DNA of 63,257 bases, the filler included, from Atractiella rhizophila (taxonomy: Eukaryota), in assembly GCA_021432655.1 (NCBI GenBank). It is 9 parts of 7 records of this genome, joined end to end, with 100 filler letters (N's around TTAATTAATTAA, not from the genome) between each part and the next. Parts side by side here need not be neighbours in the genome. Positions count along the whole stretch, not along the records: positions 24,843 to 36,510 come from MU272031.1; positions 36,611 to 48,164 come from MU272032.1; 7 more parts are not named here. One strand, given 5' to 3'. A program made the translations under genes and the position numbers. Positions 35,901-48,264 of the stretch are shown one piece after another (the stretch's first letter is position 1; every line of letters starts with the position of its first letter). The notes under the pieces were generated by a model, which saw only the letters and a list, made by a program, of their open reading frames with translations, was not told the DNA's origin and ran no database searches.

Positions 35901-36148
35901 CATGCCAGGAATCTTACTCACCAGACGACAATCGTCTGTCCCACCGCCCCAATTCGAAAATGAGCTAACTGACTCTATCCGCTATCCACAGGTTTTGATC
36001 TGCGGCCGTTCTTGTATCCTGCAAGATTTCCATGGCAGTTCAAGGCGATTGACAAGAAAGCCGCTTCAAGTGAGTTCACACTCTCTCCCCTTTCTCACCC
36101 GCTGATTGTGGTACAGCGCCTGATCGAAGCACAAAAGAAAGTAATTGA
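32975..36148 (+). CDS. QNS1: Glutamine-dependent NAD+ synthetase, multi-exon
   Basis: [48 protein letters not shown] (glutaminase domain); [55 protein letters not shown]. Confidence 0.96.
33137..33360 (+). ncRNA. Candidate structured RNA in QNS1 intron 1 (C/D-box-like or cis-regulatory)
   Basis: AATGTGCTG (33147-55) pairs with CAGCACATT (33320-28); hairpin CAACTTC/GAAGTTG (33199-33215); ATGATGA at 33166-72; CTGA at 33352-55 and 33357-60. Confidence 0.4.
33751..33856 (+). ncRNA. Candidate H/ACA-like RNA in QNS1 intron 2
   Basis: Hairpin GATA-GAGAGG/CCTCTC-TATC; ANANNA box AGACAA at 33789-94; hairpin AAGTC/GACTT; ACA at 33851-53. Confidence 0.3.
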
Positions 36149-36984
36149 TTTAAATAAGGAATAAAAAGGACGTCAGGTCAGATTGTATTAACAACCATCC
36201 TCATTTCCATGCAATGTACTCGAATCGATGATTGCTGGCTGCGAGTGAAGATTTGACGAATATCAAACGTTGCTTCAACACCTAGATACACTTTGAACTG
36301 CGATGCATCAACACCAACGTCCACAGGGTGGAGGCAAACAAAAGTTGCGTGTATGCGGTTAAATATTCAAGAATTGCGATTGCGATGTCATGGCGGTTCA
36401 CATGGGCTGGCGGACCTGAGAGCGTTAGGGTCTTAGTGACCAGACCTCGCGGCACTAATTTGTGACGACAACGATTCCGACTATGTGATGCCAATGTCCC
36501 CCGTGGAATANNNNNNNNNNNNNNNNNNNNNNNNNNNNNNNNNNNNNNNNNNNNTTAATTAATTAANNNNNNNNNNNNNNNNNNNNNNNNNNNNNNNNNN
36601 NNNNNNNNNNTTCCTCTGCCGTGAAGTTCCTCCCCGCTCCGCCTCTTCCCTACCTGTTCGCTTATGTTCGGCTTATAAAATCTGAGAGCCACTTTCTGGA
36701 CCAACGTCCAAGAGTATCCAGCCTAGATCATCATGGTTTATGTGCCTGAGTCCTTTCTCTTGTAGCACACTATGATCTCCTTCAGGTTTCTATCACTCTG
36801 ACAATGATGATGTCATGGCAGGAGTGATATTATTGATGAGCCACAGGCATTGCCTACTGCTCCGCCCTGAGACTGCAAGTCTCAAACCATCTCAGAGATC
36901 CTACACAAGCAGCTGCAGGCAGAAACACTGCACACTGCGTTAACCCCAAAGGTACTCTAAAGATTAAGATTGCGTCAAACATGT

Positions 36985-36996
36985 AGTCACGTGACT
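36985..36996. promoter_or_regulatory. 12-bp palindrome AGTCACGTGACT (bHLH E-box, Cbf1-like) upstream of the PEBP gene; TATA-like sequence near 37039
   Basis: Perfect palindrome about 155 nt upstream of the ATG at 37151. Confidence 0.4.
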
Positions 36997-37150
36997 TCGA
37001 CGACTTTGTCAAGTGACATCAGTGGTTAGTGGTTATGATATAAAGCAACACTGGACCCACGTTCCCTCTACCACACTCTGGAACACTCTGGCCACCACGA
37101 TTGCACAACAACAAAACAATAAAACAATCGAAATCTAAACCTCAGACACA

Positions 37151-37972
37151 ATGTTGCCCTCTGAATATCCACGAACGATTTCAAACCTCCAAAAGATCGC
37201 AGACGAGATTCTGCCAGGCATCAAGTTCTCAGCTGAGTCTGCGCCCGCCCTTCGGGTGGTCTTCGACGAGACAACACATCTCGAAACTGCGAAAGCAGCA
37301 ATTTCGCGCCAGGCGACTTTGAACAAACCGGTCATCTTTTGTGACTTAGTTCGCACTGTCCCTCCTCTCAAACACTCTGAGATTGAAATTGGTACAGGGT
37401 CGAGAAAACAAGGATCAAAAGTTCACCATCATGATGATTGATCCTGTATGCTGTCTAAACGGAGCGAGCTCATTCTAATCTAGAGACAGGATCTCTTCAT
37501 GAAGAACGATCCTATTTCAGGCCAAGTCCGGCACTGGCTCCAAGGAGGCTTGACGTACACCTCCTACTCTGATCCTCTCATTACAATCTCTCCTCCAGTC
37601 ACGGCTTACATGCCCTGTGCGCCAGCTCCTGGCACTGGAACGAATTGGGTTGGGTTCGTTATTTCCCTCCTCCACCCTGGCCGTACTCAATTAGTGATGT
37701 TTCAAAACAGAACCCATCGCTACGTCTTTATCCTTGCTAAGGAAGATCCAGCCCATCCGCCTTCGCGTGAGGATTTTGAGGCTGCAGATAGGAAGGACGG
37801 TGAAGAAGACTTGAAGGACCGTATGAGGTTCAATGCGGAGGAATATATTAAAAAGAAACAGATGAAAGTCGTCGCGCTCAATGTGATGGAGGTTACGGCA
37901 AATGCTGCTTCCACAGCTGAGAATTTGAAGCTTGGAGCCGAAGCTGTTGTCAACAAGGTAATGGGAAAATAA
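37151..37972 (+). CDS. Phosphatidylethanolamine-binding protein (PEBP/Tfs1-like)
   Basis: FTIMMIDP/DL, RHWLQ, YMPCAPAPGTG..GTHRYVFIL. Confidence 0.85.
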
Positions 37973-38145
37973 GCTGGATATAGCTCGTTCCATTTCGCTA
38001 TAAAATGATGTACAATAACCATTCTGTCCATATTCCATTACGTTTGTTGCTTAATGCTTCACGTAAAATCGAATAATTATACAGACAGCATAAACGAAGA
38101 GACTTCTAATCTAAAAACTGACCTTCATACAAAGAGAAGACGGAC

Positions 38146-40102
38146 CTATCTCCTCGACTTCAACTCCTTCAACCGCTCATCAATCATCTCCATCCCTTTC
38201 TCCCACTCCTGTAGCGCAATGCCATCCTTTGTATGTCCACCATTGACCGACTTTGCCCTATGACGCACCGCACCAATCAGCACCGTGACCACAGCGCTCC
38301 GAAAGGCAATTCGCCCGTTATATTTGTGAGGTAGGAAGAAGGAAAGCGTACCAAATCTCCCTCAATTCGTTAGACGGAAGTCTCGACCTATCCCACACCT
38401 TCTTAACCACCAAAGGATCCAATCCTTCCTTCTCTCTCTCCCCCTTTCCTTTCACTTTCAGCTTCTGCATATTCCAAAGCCTCTCATACATCTCCCGATA
38501 CCGTTTCTTCGCCCGCCGTCTCTCCATCTCTCCCATCGACGTTTGTGCACCTCCCACAATTCCACCACCGCCTCCTCTCCGGATAGGAACTATCGGAGGC
38601 GGCTCCTTCCTCCCTACTCGGGTTCCGGAAGGAGGAAGAGACTTGTTGAACAAAGTCTGGGCGTCGGTCCCACCTGCAGTTGTTGGAGTCGCTGTTCCGG
38701 TTCCGGGGCGTTTGGGAAGAGCGGGAGGGGTTTGGGGTTGGAGGGAGGATTGGGAGGAGTTGGAGTGGAGGGAGAGGGAGGAGAGGGAGGATGCGGTTGC
38801 TTTTCGAGCTGGGAGAGGGGGTGGCTGGACACTGTTGGATGACGTTGAGGTCCCTCCACTGCCGTTGTTGCTCGTGGAGGTGGATGTGTTGGGAGAGATT
38901 GGACGTGACGCAGTTGGCGATGTTCTTTGTGACGTTTGGGTTTGGGGTTTGGAGATAGAAGGGGATGGGGCGGAAGGGGTGGATACGGATCTGGTTGGGA
39001 GTTTCGGAGGTGGAGGACGGGGACGGAGTGTTGTGTGGGAGGAAGCGTTGGGTGTAGGCGGGACGATGACTATGGAGCTGGAGAGGGCATCAACAAGAGA
39101 ACTGGAGTGGTGGGTCGGCGTGGAGGGCGATGAAGGGGAGGCGGAGGTGGTCGGTCTGGCGGGAGAGAGGGAGAGAGCGGTGGGTTTGCTGTTTGAAAGG
39201 CGCGGAGGGACGAGAGGTTTCGTCGTGGCGGCTGGTGTGGTTTTAGGAATGGGAGAAGACGTTCTGATTGGTTTCTTGTCTTCTTGCTTTTCGGTCTCTT
39301 TGACTCCTCCTTCCAGCCTCACTCTATCACTCTCCAGCAGCTTCTGCAGACTCGCATTTACTCCTCCTGCGCTTGCATTCGAGGAGGAGGAGCGGTGTTG
39401 TGTGATCGAAGTGGGAGTAGCAGACGATAGACTCTGCTGATCTCGCTCCAGAAGCTTCTGAAGGCTCACGCCACCATTTGCCGTGCCAGTACCCGTGAGT
39501 GAAGGTGGAGATGGGAGCGGACTTGAAGAAGCTGACGGGGCTCGTTTGTGCAACCCAAATGGACTGATAGATGGCGGAGATGTAGATGCCGTGAGAGGTT
39601 GTGTCGAAGTTGGAGCGTGCAGTTGAAGCTGCGCTTGATCCCTCTCCAACAGCTTCTGAAGGTTATTTCCTCCTGCCTTGGTCTCAGCACCGGAGGGGGT
39701 AGGAGAGGGTGCTGTGGTTGTCTCTGATGTGGGAATGGACGATGAGGAGGCGGAGGAGAGACGGGCCTCATCCTTCGCGAGCAGTTTCAAAAGATTGGAC
39801 GACTCCGCGTTTCCTCCTACACCCGTTGACATCGCTGGCGCGGCACCAAGAGATGTAGGAGGAGGGATATCTCTCAGTCCAGTCGAATGAGTGGAGTTCA
39901 GTAAATGCTGTGGCCGGGTTGGCGACGTCGAAGGTGACGTCGAACCTGAAGATGGCGCATGGGATGCGGTGCGAGGCCGTGCGTGGAGATTTCCAGGTGG
40001 TGAGTGGGATGATGCGCTGACTGACGCTGAAGGATGGGATTGGGAGACGGATTGGAGACGGGAGATTCGGTCTTTGACTGATAGGTTTTCGTCGTCCTCC
40101 AT
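38146..40102 (-). CDS. Pro/Ser-rich protein with a C-terminal EH-like domain (Irs4/Tax4-like)
   Basis: 594-aa low-complexity ORF with PPxLPxR motifs; RYREMY..LVVKKVWDRSRLPSNELREIW; last exon ..EWEKGMEMIDERL; stop at 38146-48. Confidence 0.7.
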
Positions 40103-40550
40103 TTTAGACGCGTGAAAGAATAGCTACTGCTAGAAGTCACATCGAGAGTTGTGAGTATAAGCCGTTGCGACAACAGGAGATACACCTTTGAAGCTAGAAC
40201 AAAGCACAACAGTCGCAAAAGATGGTGAAATAATAGGAGCGACGGAGGACGTGCCCTACATCGAAAATCGATCAATTTTAATGCGGATTTCGATGGGCTA
40301 CTCTTACTTACACCTGTTGTGTCCTGAACCTCGCTCAATGGACGTTTTATAGACCCTTTGGCCCTCGAAATGCCACCCACTCTTGACAATTGGGAACGAC
40401 ACGTGATAGAAGTCTGGTTTCTCCGTCCACCTGTTTCTCGAAGTTCGATCACTTTCCACAGCTTCCTCCCTTAAAAGCCAGATCTCCCATCCAACCAATC
40501 AACCCCCTTACTCCTTCGATTGAGACAGTTCCCTAGCGAACGAGAGGAAC

Positions 40551-43500
40551 ATGCCCCCGTCATATTCTACCAACTACCGCAAATGGGACGCCCTCGAGCT
40601 CTCCGACGACTCCGACATCGAAGGCCATCCGAACGTCGACCACGCCTCCCTAGTGCGCATGCACCAGCGTAAGATCCACCAAGAGAGGGCGGAGCGTGAT
40701 GCGAGGACCGAGGGGCTGAAGAAGGAGCTGGGTATGAATGAGAGCTTGTTGAAGAGGATGGATGAGGTGAGGGAGGAGGTGAAGAAGGAGGGATTGGCGG
40801 TGGCGAAGAAGAGGTATGTGGAGGGGAATGAGAAGCGTGTTGAGGGACTCAAGAAGGAGGGGTACGTTGTTCTTGTTGTAATTATTGTGGGTGGAAAGTG
40901 AAACTGGATTTGGATGGATCATAGGTGGAAGGAAGGGGATAAGTTACCGTATAAACAACCGACGGAGGAAGAAATGATCGTCGAGCTTCTCCGCCAGATT
41001 CTCACCGACAAACGAGTGGGAGCGATGCGGGCAGAAGGAGGGGTGAGCGACGCGGTGGCGTCTTATACGGAAGGAGAGAGGGGCGATAAGTTCTTGGAAG
41101 TGTTGGCTGAACACAAGAAGAGGTTGGAGGAGAGACAGGTTGATGCGAAGAAGGAGATTGAGAAAGAGGAGGCAGAGAAGAAGAAGAAGATCACGAGCGA
41201 TGATCTTAAGATTGGGTGGGATAGTTCTGTGCGTCCTTTCGTATTCGTCGGTTTTGATTGGAAAGAGTCCCCTTGCTGGCGAGTTGGTGGACATGCATGG
41301 AAGCTCGGATCAAAGGGTAGAGATCCGAATACTTCCTGTGCTTAGATGTAGCGTGGAGGTCATCGACGCGTTTCTTCTTTCTGTGTTGTGCACGCGGACG
41401 TCTACACTTTAACCGCAAAGTTATTAGCGCGCATCAGTTCTTGAGAGTTGATTGGGATTGTCATCGCTTCCTGTGCTCATCAGCCCTCATGTCGTTATCT
41501 TAGCCTTCAAGTTTAGAAGGCACGATCTAGGACGTAAAGGGTGGTGACCATAGGGTGTGGTTGAGCTACGTCTAATATGATACATTGTCTCCATATTCTC
41601 AATCGCTAAACTACATTACGCGAAAATAATTGTATAGGAACACTTCGACAATTCTGGGAGCTTCCATTGAAGCTTGGAAATGTCGATGGTGCTAAATGGT
41701 TTTGCTCCTGATTCCGACATAGAGTACAATTTGTGACTCTGCACTCTTTCCTCACCTGTCATTCCTCTTATTTCTTGGAAAATTCTCCGTCTCAGGACTA
41801 CCATCTACTGCCCCTTCTTCGTGCTCTTACGGACGGATCTCGCAGCTGGATGGCACCCGTTCTGTGATGGAGATGTCGTTTCATCCCATTGTAAATTATA
41901 TACCGAGCAGGAGACTTGTCTTAACACAGTCAACTAATATCTTGTCCTGCTTGTCCTGCTGTTAAGATTGATTGTCATGAGAGCAATGGGGAGTGAGCAA
42001 CGACGTATCGTTTGGCTGGAGTAAACTGCATTGTCCCTTCCTTTCCTTGATCGCTCTTCGGGCTAACGCAATACCTCCGTGGAAGGGTGAAGTGGATCTT
42101 TAGCTGTGTTGAGTGCACATGAGTGCAAGAACATGGGTGGCTTCTGACCGTTCGCATCAAGATGCATATGTGCTTCTTTACGAGAGGACCGTATGCACAG
42201 ATCGTCAGTACTCGCAACGTCCCCATTCTGATCAGAGGAGATTGTTCTCATCGATCGACTGAACCTTGCACAGCGCAGCTCTGTCATCTTGATTCTGTTG
42301 CTTTTGAATGTACATTCTTTTATTCAGTCCCACTTTCTTCTCTCTTCATTCGAGATCCTCGCAATAGACCATGTGGTTTCAATCTTGTTCTTGATCTTTC
42401 AGCTCTGATTGATATGCGACCAACAAAATGCAGCTAGAGAGTAGAGAGTTCGAAGACCAAAATGGTCAGGCTCGAAGGCTCGAACGATCCAATTCTCCAA
42501 TAATCTTAGGCTATCGCCCATTCCTTAGAGATCTTCCTCAATGCTGTTCGGTAGTGGTCCATTCTGCTGCGCTAGCTTTGATCAATGCCATCAGGAGACA
42601 TTCCTGGGCAGGTTGCCAAGTTCCAAAAACACCTATAACAATTTTGCGGTCAACGGAGTTTGAATTGACATGTCCCCGTGAAACAGCATGTCAACAAAGG
42701 TGGATCTAAACAAGTTGTCGAGCTACCGAAGGCTTCATCAGAGCCAAAGGACACGAAGAAGACGAAAACGAAAACACCGGTGATTGAAGTTTTGAATCCA
42801 AGTACCTCTACCGTGGGTATCTTCCAAGTTTGAATTGACATGTCCCCGTGAAACAGCATGTCAACAAAGGTGGATCTAAACAAGTTGTCGAGCTACCGAA
42901 GGCTCCATCAGAGCCAAAGGACACGAAGAAGACGAAAACGAAAACACCGGTGATTGAAGTTTTGAATCCAAGTACCTCTACCGTGGGTATCTTCCAATCG
43001 AACATGGAGAGGAGTTAAGGATTGCATTAGACCCCAGCGGTGGAAGCTCCAGCTTCGGACGATGAAGAGGAAGGAGACCTGCCCGCCCTCACACCGTCCG
43101 CACGCGCTTTTGCTAAACTTCCTCGCACGCCAGCCGACTATTCCGTCTTCCGCGAAGCGATTTCGAGGGATCCCTCGCTCTTACTCGAAAGCACGTCAGA
43201 TTCTTTGCTGGCTGAAGCGTTTGAGGCGGGGATGGCGGCTAATGGGGAATACGGAAAGAAGAGCAAGAAGAATAAGAAGGAGAAGGAAGAGTACTGCAAG
43301 CAATGCGTTCATCGAGCTTTGCTCGCTCAGTATACTCGCCAATTGGGTAAAGACGGAGTGGCGTTGTTCTTCAGGCGGTTAGCCATTTTTCAGCTCATCA
43401 GCTATGACCTGCCTGATTCGAGTGTAGAATGGTGCCCGGATCGCCTGGGCTGAAAGTCTTCCTTGACGATGTTGAGGCGACCTCGACACGAATACTGAAT

Positions 43501-43938
43501 AGGTCCAAAGAGCTTCTTGCGGAACGAGAAGCTCGTGGAGAAAGTGGAGGTCAGGAGGTCGAGACCATCCAACTCGTGTCACAAGATCCGACGCAGAAGA
43601 TCACGTTCTCATGTCCTGACGGACCTCCCCCTGAAGATCTCCGGCTCGAAGGTGAAGGGACTGAGGATCTGGACATAGAAGAAGTTCGCGCATACCTCCA
43701 GAACCAATGGAATGTCTGGCAAAGCTTTTCTGACGATCTCAAAGTGGCCCTCAAGTCTGGCGATCTGGATTCGGTGAATAAGGTGTTGGGAAAGATGTCG
43801 GTGGAGGAAGGAGAGAGGGTTGTCCAAGGACTTGATGAAGGGGGCATTCTCAAATTCGCGAGCAATGAGATCCTTGATAGGACGGGGAAGGATGCGAGTG
43901 GGCAGACGCAGGTGGACCTAGATGAGATAAATGCATGA
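40551..43938 (+). CDS. CDC37: Hsp90 kinase co-chaperone Cdc37 with a 1458-nt intron and a duplicated exon
   Basis: NYRKWDALELSDDSDIEGHPNVD, KKITSDDLKIGWDSS, CVHRALLAQY..LFFRRM, IQL..DGPPPE, LDSVNKVLGKMSVEEGE. Confidence 0.94.
42657..42996 (+). repeat. 170-bp tandem duplication (one mismatch) containing a whole CDC37 exon with both splice sites
   Basis: 42657-42826 versus 42827-42996; the copies differ at GCTTCA/GCTCCA. Confidence 0.95.
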
Positions 43939-44492
43939 AGGGAGAGTTGTAACTGTGAGTGCATTTCGTTCCCCTTACTTTAATTGTCTAGATGGACATT
44001 AATTATTATGCAGGACAAAATTAAATAAACAATGTAGTCAAACCCTATGTATTTGAAAGCTCGAGAGCAAACGCGCCACACAAACGCATTCCTCTCCAAA
44101 TCGTTTCAAAGACTTCGGATCTGACTTGATCTGACAGTTGTATTCTTCTTTTGCCAACTTTTTGGCGGCCGTCGATTGTGGACATGTGAGAGAGCGACGC
44201 CGCAGTTCTCGGCCATATTCTTGTGGGATGGTATGTCCGATCTTGCGTTATCGCGAGGGCTATCCGGTTGCTATCAAGCTAGAGAGTCAGCACGCGAAAT
44301 GACAGAAAACGGGTGAAGATATTGTGTGGAATTGTCCCGCTAACGCTTGAGGCAGAATGCGTTGAGGCTAGGCAGCCTGCGTGAGAGTATAAAGGGGAAG
44401 TCGCGTCCAGTGGGGAAATTTTCGCTCTGGATTCCCCAGGTTGTGTCATGATACCCTTCGAGTAAAGTGAAGAGGAAGCAGGTCTTTTCGAA

Positions 44493-45069
44493 ATGGGCGA
44501 CGCGGCGATCTTTGAGACCTACCTCCAGCTGCTTGATTCTATTCGAACCAGCCTCTTGTTTCCTCTCTTGCCTGGTAAATCTTTCTTAACTCAAATTATT
44601 AGCATGAGCTGACTTCCTCAAAAGAATGGGCCATAATCGAAGCTAAAGTTACAATTGGCGTCTTGGGATTCAGTATCGTCGTCTGGATTCTTGAGTTGTA
44701 CATACGTTGGAAGAAAGGAACTTTGTGGCTGTACCGATGGGAAGGAGGTACGTCTTGCGCTCACTCTACTTTGCTGCCACGATACATTTTTGCCATAGAT
44801 GGTTACTTCCGGCCAAACGTTCATCTGTTTATACCCATTCAGATCGTCATTTTCTCCGCTCTTTACATTGTCTACCTCGTCGGGACCATCGAAAGAAATG
44901 TATGTCATATTCCTTTCCTCCGTTTTCTGCCCGGCTTATTATGTTGTGTTGGCCTGTGTGTATGAAGGTACCAAACGCGGAGCGAGACTGGCGTCCTTAC
45001 TTCGCGCTTTTCCAAGGCGTCTTCACCGTTCCCCTATTCTTAATTGCCGCGCTTTGGACCAACCGCTGA
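44493..45069 (+). pseudogene. Multi-pass membrane protein, paralog A; apparently disrupted. 46110-46577 may be its C-terminus
   Basis: MGDAAIFETYLQLLDSIRTSLLFPL/WAIIEAKVTIGVLGFSIVVWILELYIRWKKGTLWLYRWEG/GYFRPNV mirrors paralog B; premature TGA at 45067-69 where B continues. Confidence 0.55.
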
Positions 45070-47278
45070 TATTTAGAAGCAGTTAATTCCTTTACTTGCG
45101 TCGGGTACTGGTAACGAGTGACAAGTTTTCCGATACTTTCCTCGGTGTAGTCAGTTCACATTCTGTATTTATCTTTCGCTCCCTATAGAGTGAACTTCGG
45201 TCATATCTGCTCCTATCTTTCTGTTACTTACATCTCGTTGTTGGACATTGAAGAGGAGGTTGAGACGTAGGAGAGGTGGCAGAGGAAGACGACAGCACGG
45301 TTGACACGTAAGCACTAGAACAGTTTGAAATGTAGAGATCGGAGGAAGGAGTAGAACACGCGCTCCTGGTTGAAGCAGCGCCCGGCAGCGTCTGGTCGTT
45401 TCAGTCTCCTCCGAAGCCTGCAACACCTAGGCAGCAATCCCCGGTAAACTCTACCTACCTCTCCATGCTACCATCCTACCCCTTCTCTGAGGACTTCTAG
45501 CATTCGAAGATTTTGTATATCTGCAAGCTACCGCGCAAACTTTACTGAGAAAACACTCTTCTCCTGCTCCTTTTCCGCCTCCTGTCTCATCTCCATCCCC
45601 TACCACTTTTCGTTGTTACACCGCCAGACCCACCGTCAGTTGGAGAACATTAAATTATTGCTGCGAGGACGGAGGAAGACGTTCACACGAACTTGGGAAG
45701 GCTGCTGCCTGTCTAGCTGTGAGAGGGGACGATACCGACGAGCCTCCTATAACAAAGTCTCAGACTTTTAGGTGATAGCGGGAGAGTGCTACCTAGCGTC
45801 TTTCCTATCGTTTCTACCACTACGTGCTGTTGTAGCACTGCTACTGGTCCGGCTGCTTCTTCACGTGCTAAAAACCGAACTCTAACTCGGCAGAGGTCTT
45901 CCAGTGTAAGAGGGGTAGTACTAAAACTAACATCACAGGCAGTGCAACGACCTATCCGTAGCAGAAAGCTCGCATGCTCCTCCTCTCCTATCTCAAGGTC
46001 NNNNNNNNNNNNNNNNNNNNNNNNNNNNNNNNNNNNNNNNNNNNNNNNNNNNNNNNNNNNNNNNNNNNNNNNNNNNNNNNNNNNNNNNNNNNNNNNNNNN
46101 NNNNNNNNNGGGAGGAAGCACCTTGAATCAGAAGCTGTCTACTTTTGTTTCCACGCATCTTCCAGTGTGAGTTGCTCTGCTTCATCTTTGTATGAGTGTC
46201 TTATCTTGTGGGCTAGCTATTGTTTCGCCGCACCGGAACTCGTGGGCTGCCTCTACCTCCTCTACGACGCTATACGGCTCCATCCCTCCTCCCCCTCGTC
46301 AATCTCACATCCTTCTCGCTCCCTCTCAAATGCCAATACTCGCATGGCCGGTTCACCTGCGTTGGGTGGCACAATCGAGCTTGGACGAACGCGGATGGGG
46401 AGGGCGGATCACGATGATGATGTTGAAGGGGGAGGAGGGGATCGCGATGGTGCGATAAGGATCAGTTGGGCCCAGTCGGAGAGGACGGATGAAGCGTTTA
46501 CTGTTGAAGGCAATGGTGATGGTAGATTCGGGTGGAGTGAGAAGCAACGACCGTCGAATTGGGTGCAGGAGGGTTGATGATGCATCTATCATTCTGAGAG
46601 GATGTGATTGTGATTTGGGACACACAGTGACAGGAGAGGTGCTGGATTTCTAGCAGTTCCAGCAGAGTGGGAAGGATCGGACGACAGTGCGAAGTTGAAG
46701 CGTGCTTCTTTACAAACGGTTTCCGAACCTTGCTCCATTTTGGATTTGCACGAACCTTGTTAGTTTGAACGTTGCATCAACACCGCGAAGTACGATAAAC
46801 TTTCGAATGGTCGGTGACCTTCTTGTTTCCCCATCAAACACTTGAAGCTGCCAGCTGCGAGGAGGGGCAAGTTGGAAGGATTGAGATAATGAACGTTACC
46901 TTGGCCTGCCTTCTCGATGTTATGATTACATTCCGTGTGAACGTCCAACACAGACTGGCGTGGACTCAAGACATCCAGGAGGGGCGAGAAGCCACGCGCA
47001 GCGAGGTGGAAGGGGGATGCGATGGAACTATGTATTACAAGTCGGAAGTTGGCATTGAACAAGATTGAACAGAACGCGTGAGAGCGCCGATCCATTGCAG
47101 CATGAAATTCGCGCTTCAGGATGGTCAGTCCATCCTCCGACCTACAAAACTGGCACCTGTCCACAAGGAGTGGCTCCTCCATTTCTCCTTTACACTTTCG
47201 ATTTCGTGCTTTGTCGTGCTCATGAGGCCCCGCTGAGGCGTTCAGTCAAGGATCCCAGCGCGAGTCCCGAGTCTCAGG

Positions 47279-48164
47279 ATGAGCAACAGTGCTGTCTTTG
47301 CGCCTTTCCTCGAACAGCTGCAGGCAGTCAGGAATACGCTGCTCTTTACTCCCCTCCCTCGTATGTTTCCTATTATATCTTCATCCTGCTCGATCTCTGT
47401 TTCGAATGCTTATCGTGACGATTTTACAGGCTGGGGTATCATCGAGGCCAAGGTCACGATCGCTCTGTTGTGTGTCAGCATCGTCACTTGGGCTTTGGAA
47501 TTGTACATACGCAGGAGGAAGGGAACATGGGTGTACCGATGGGAAGGTGGTACGTCTCAGGCTTGCTCTGCCCCTCCTCGTAACTGTTCTAAGAAATAAC
47601 TGAATAAGGCGGCTACTTCCGTCCCAACGTCCAAATATTCATTCCAGTTTCCTTCCTCCTCTTCGACAGCTTCTATATTGTCCAAATGATCGCTGTGATC
47701 AAACGCAACGTGAGCGTCTCCCAGACACAGATTCATATCGAATTAACGTTTGTGGCTGAAAATGAGCAGGATGATCCGAACAAGGACTGGATACCCTGGT
47801 TCACATTGTTCTACACCGCACAGACCGTTCCTCTCATCCTCGCCTCCGCTGCCTGGACCTGGAACTCCCTTCTCGCCTCCAAAGCGATGTCTGAAGACCA
47901 AGAGGTGGACCCGTCGAAAGAGCGTGACGATCGACAGGTCCCATTGTTATCGTCCAAGCCTAAACTCGTCCTCTTATCAGTCATAGCCGTCACCCTTACG
48001 GCTATCATCTTGATCTTCACATTGGGCTGCCTCTGCGCTGCTCATCGCGAAAACGCAATCCGAGACTTTCAAGCCTTATACGAAATCTTGCTCCAGGCCA
48101 TTGCTGGTGAAGAGATCGACGTTGGATATGCGTTAAGGCTGCAGCAACAGTTAGAGAAGGAGGG
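47279..48164 (+). CDS. Multi-pass membrane protein, paralog B (3'-truncated by contig end)
   Basis: MSNSAVFAPFLEQLQAVRNTLLFTPL/WGIIEAKVTIALLCVSIVTWALELYIRRRKGTWVYRWEG/GYFRPNV; several hydrophobic helices; introns at the same positions as in paralog A. Confidence 0.7.
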
Positions 48165-48264
48165 NNNNNNNNNNNNNNNNNNNNNNNNNNNNNNNNNNNN
48201 NNNNNNNNTTAATTAATTAANNNNNNNNNNNNNNNNNNNNNNNNNNNNNNNNNNNNNNNNNNNN

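Noticed and set aside
37645..37710. Apparent insertion of about 20 aa in the PEBP active-site region
   Set aside because: Explained by an ordinary in-frame GTTCGT..CAG intron.
38543..40115. Plus-strand Gly/Glu/Arg-rich ORFs
   Set aside because: Antisense shadows of the Pro/Ser-rich gene; similar shadows overlap COQ1, CDC37 and SWR1.
40434..40447. Heat-shock element upstream of CDC37
   Set aside because: TTCTCGAAGTTC has incorrect spacing for a third nGAAn unit.
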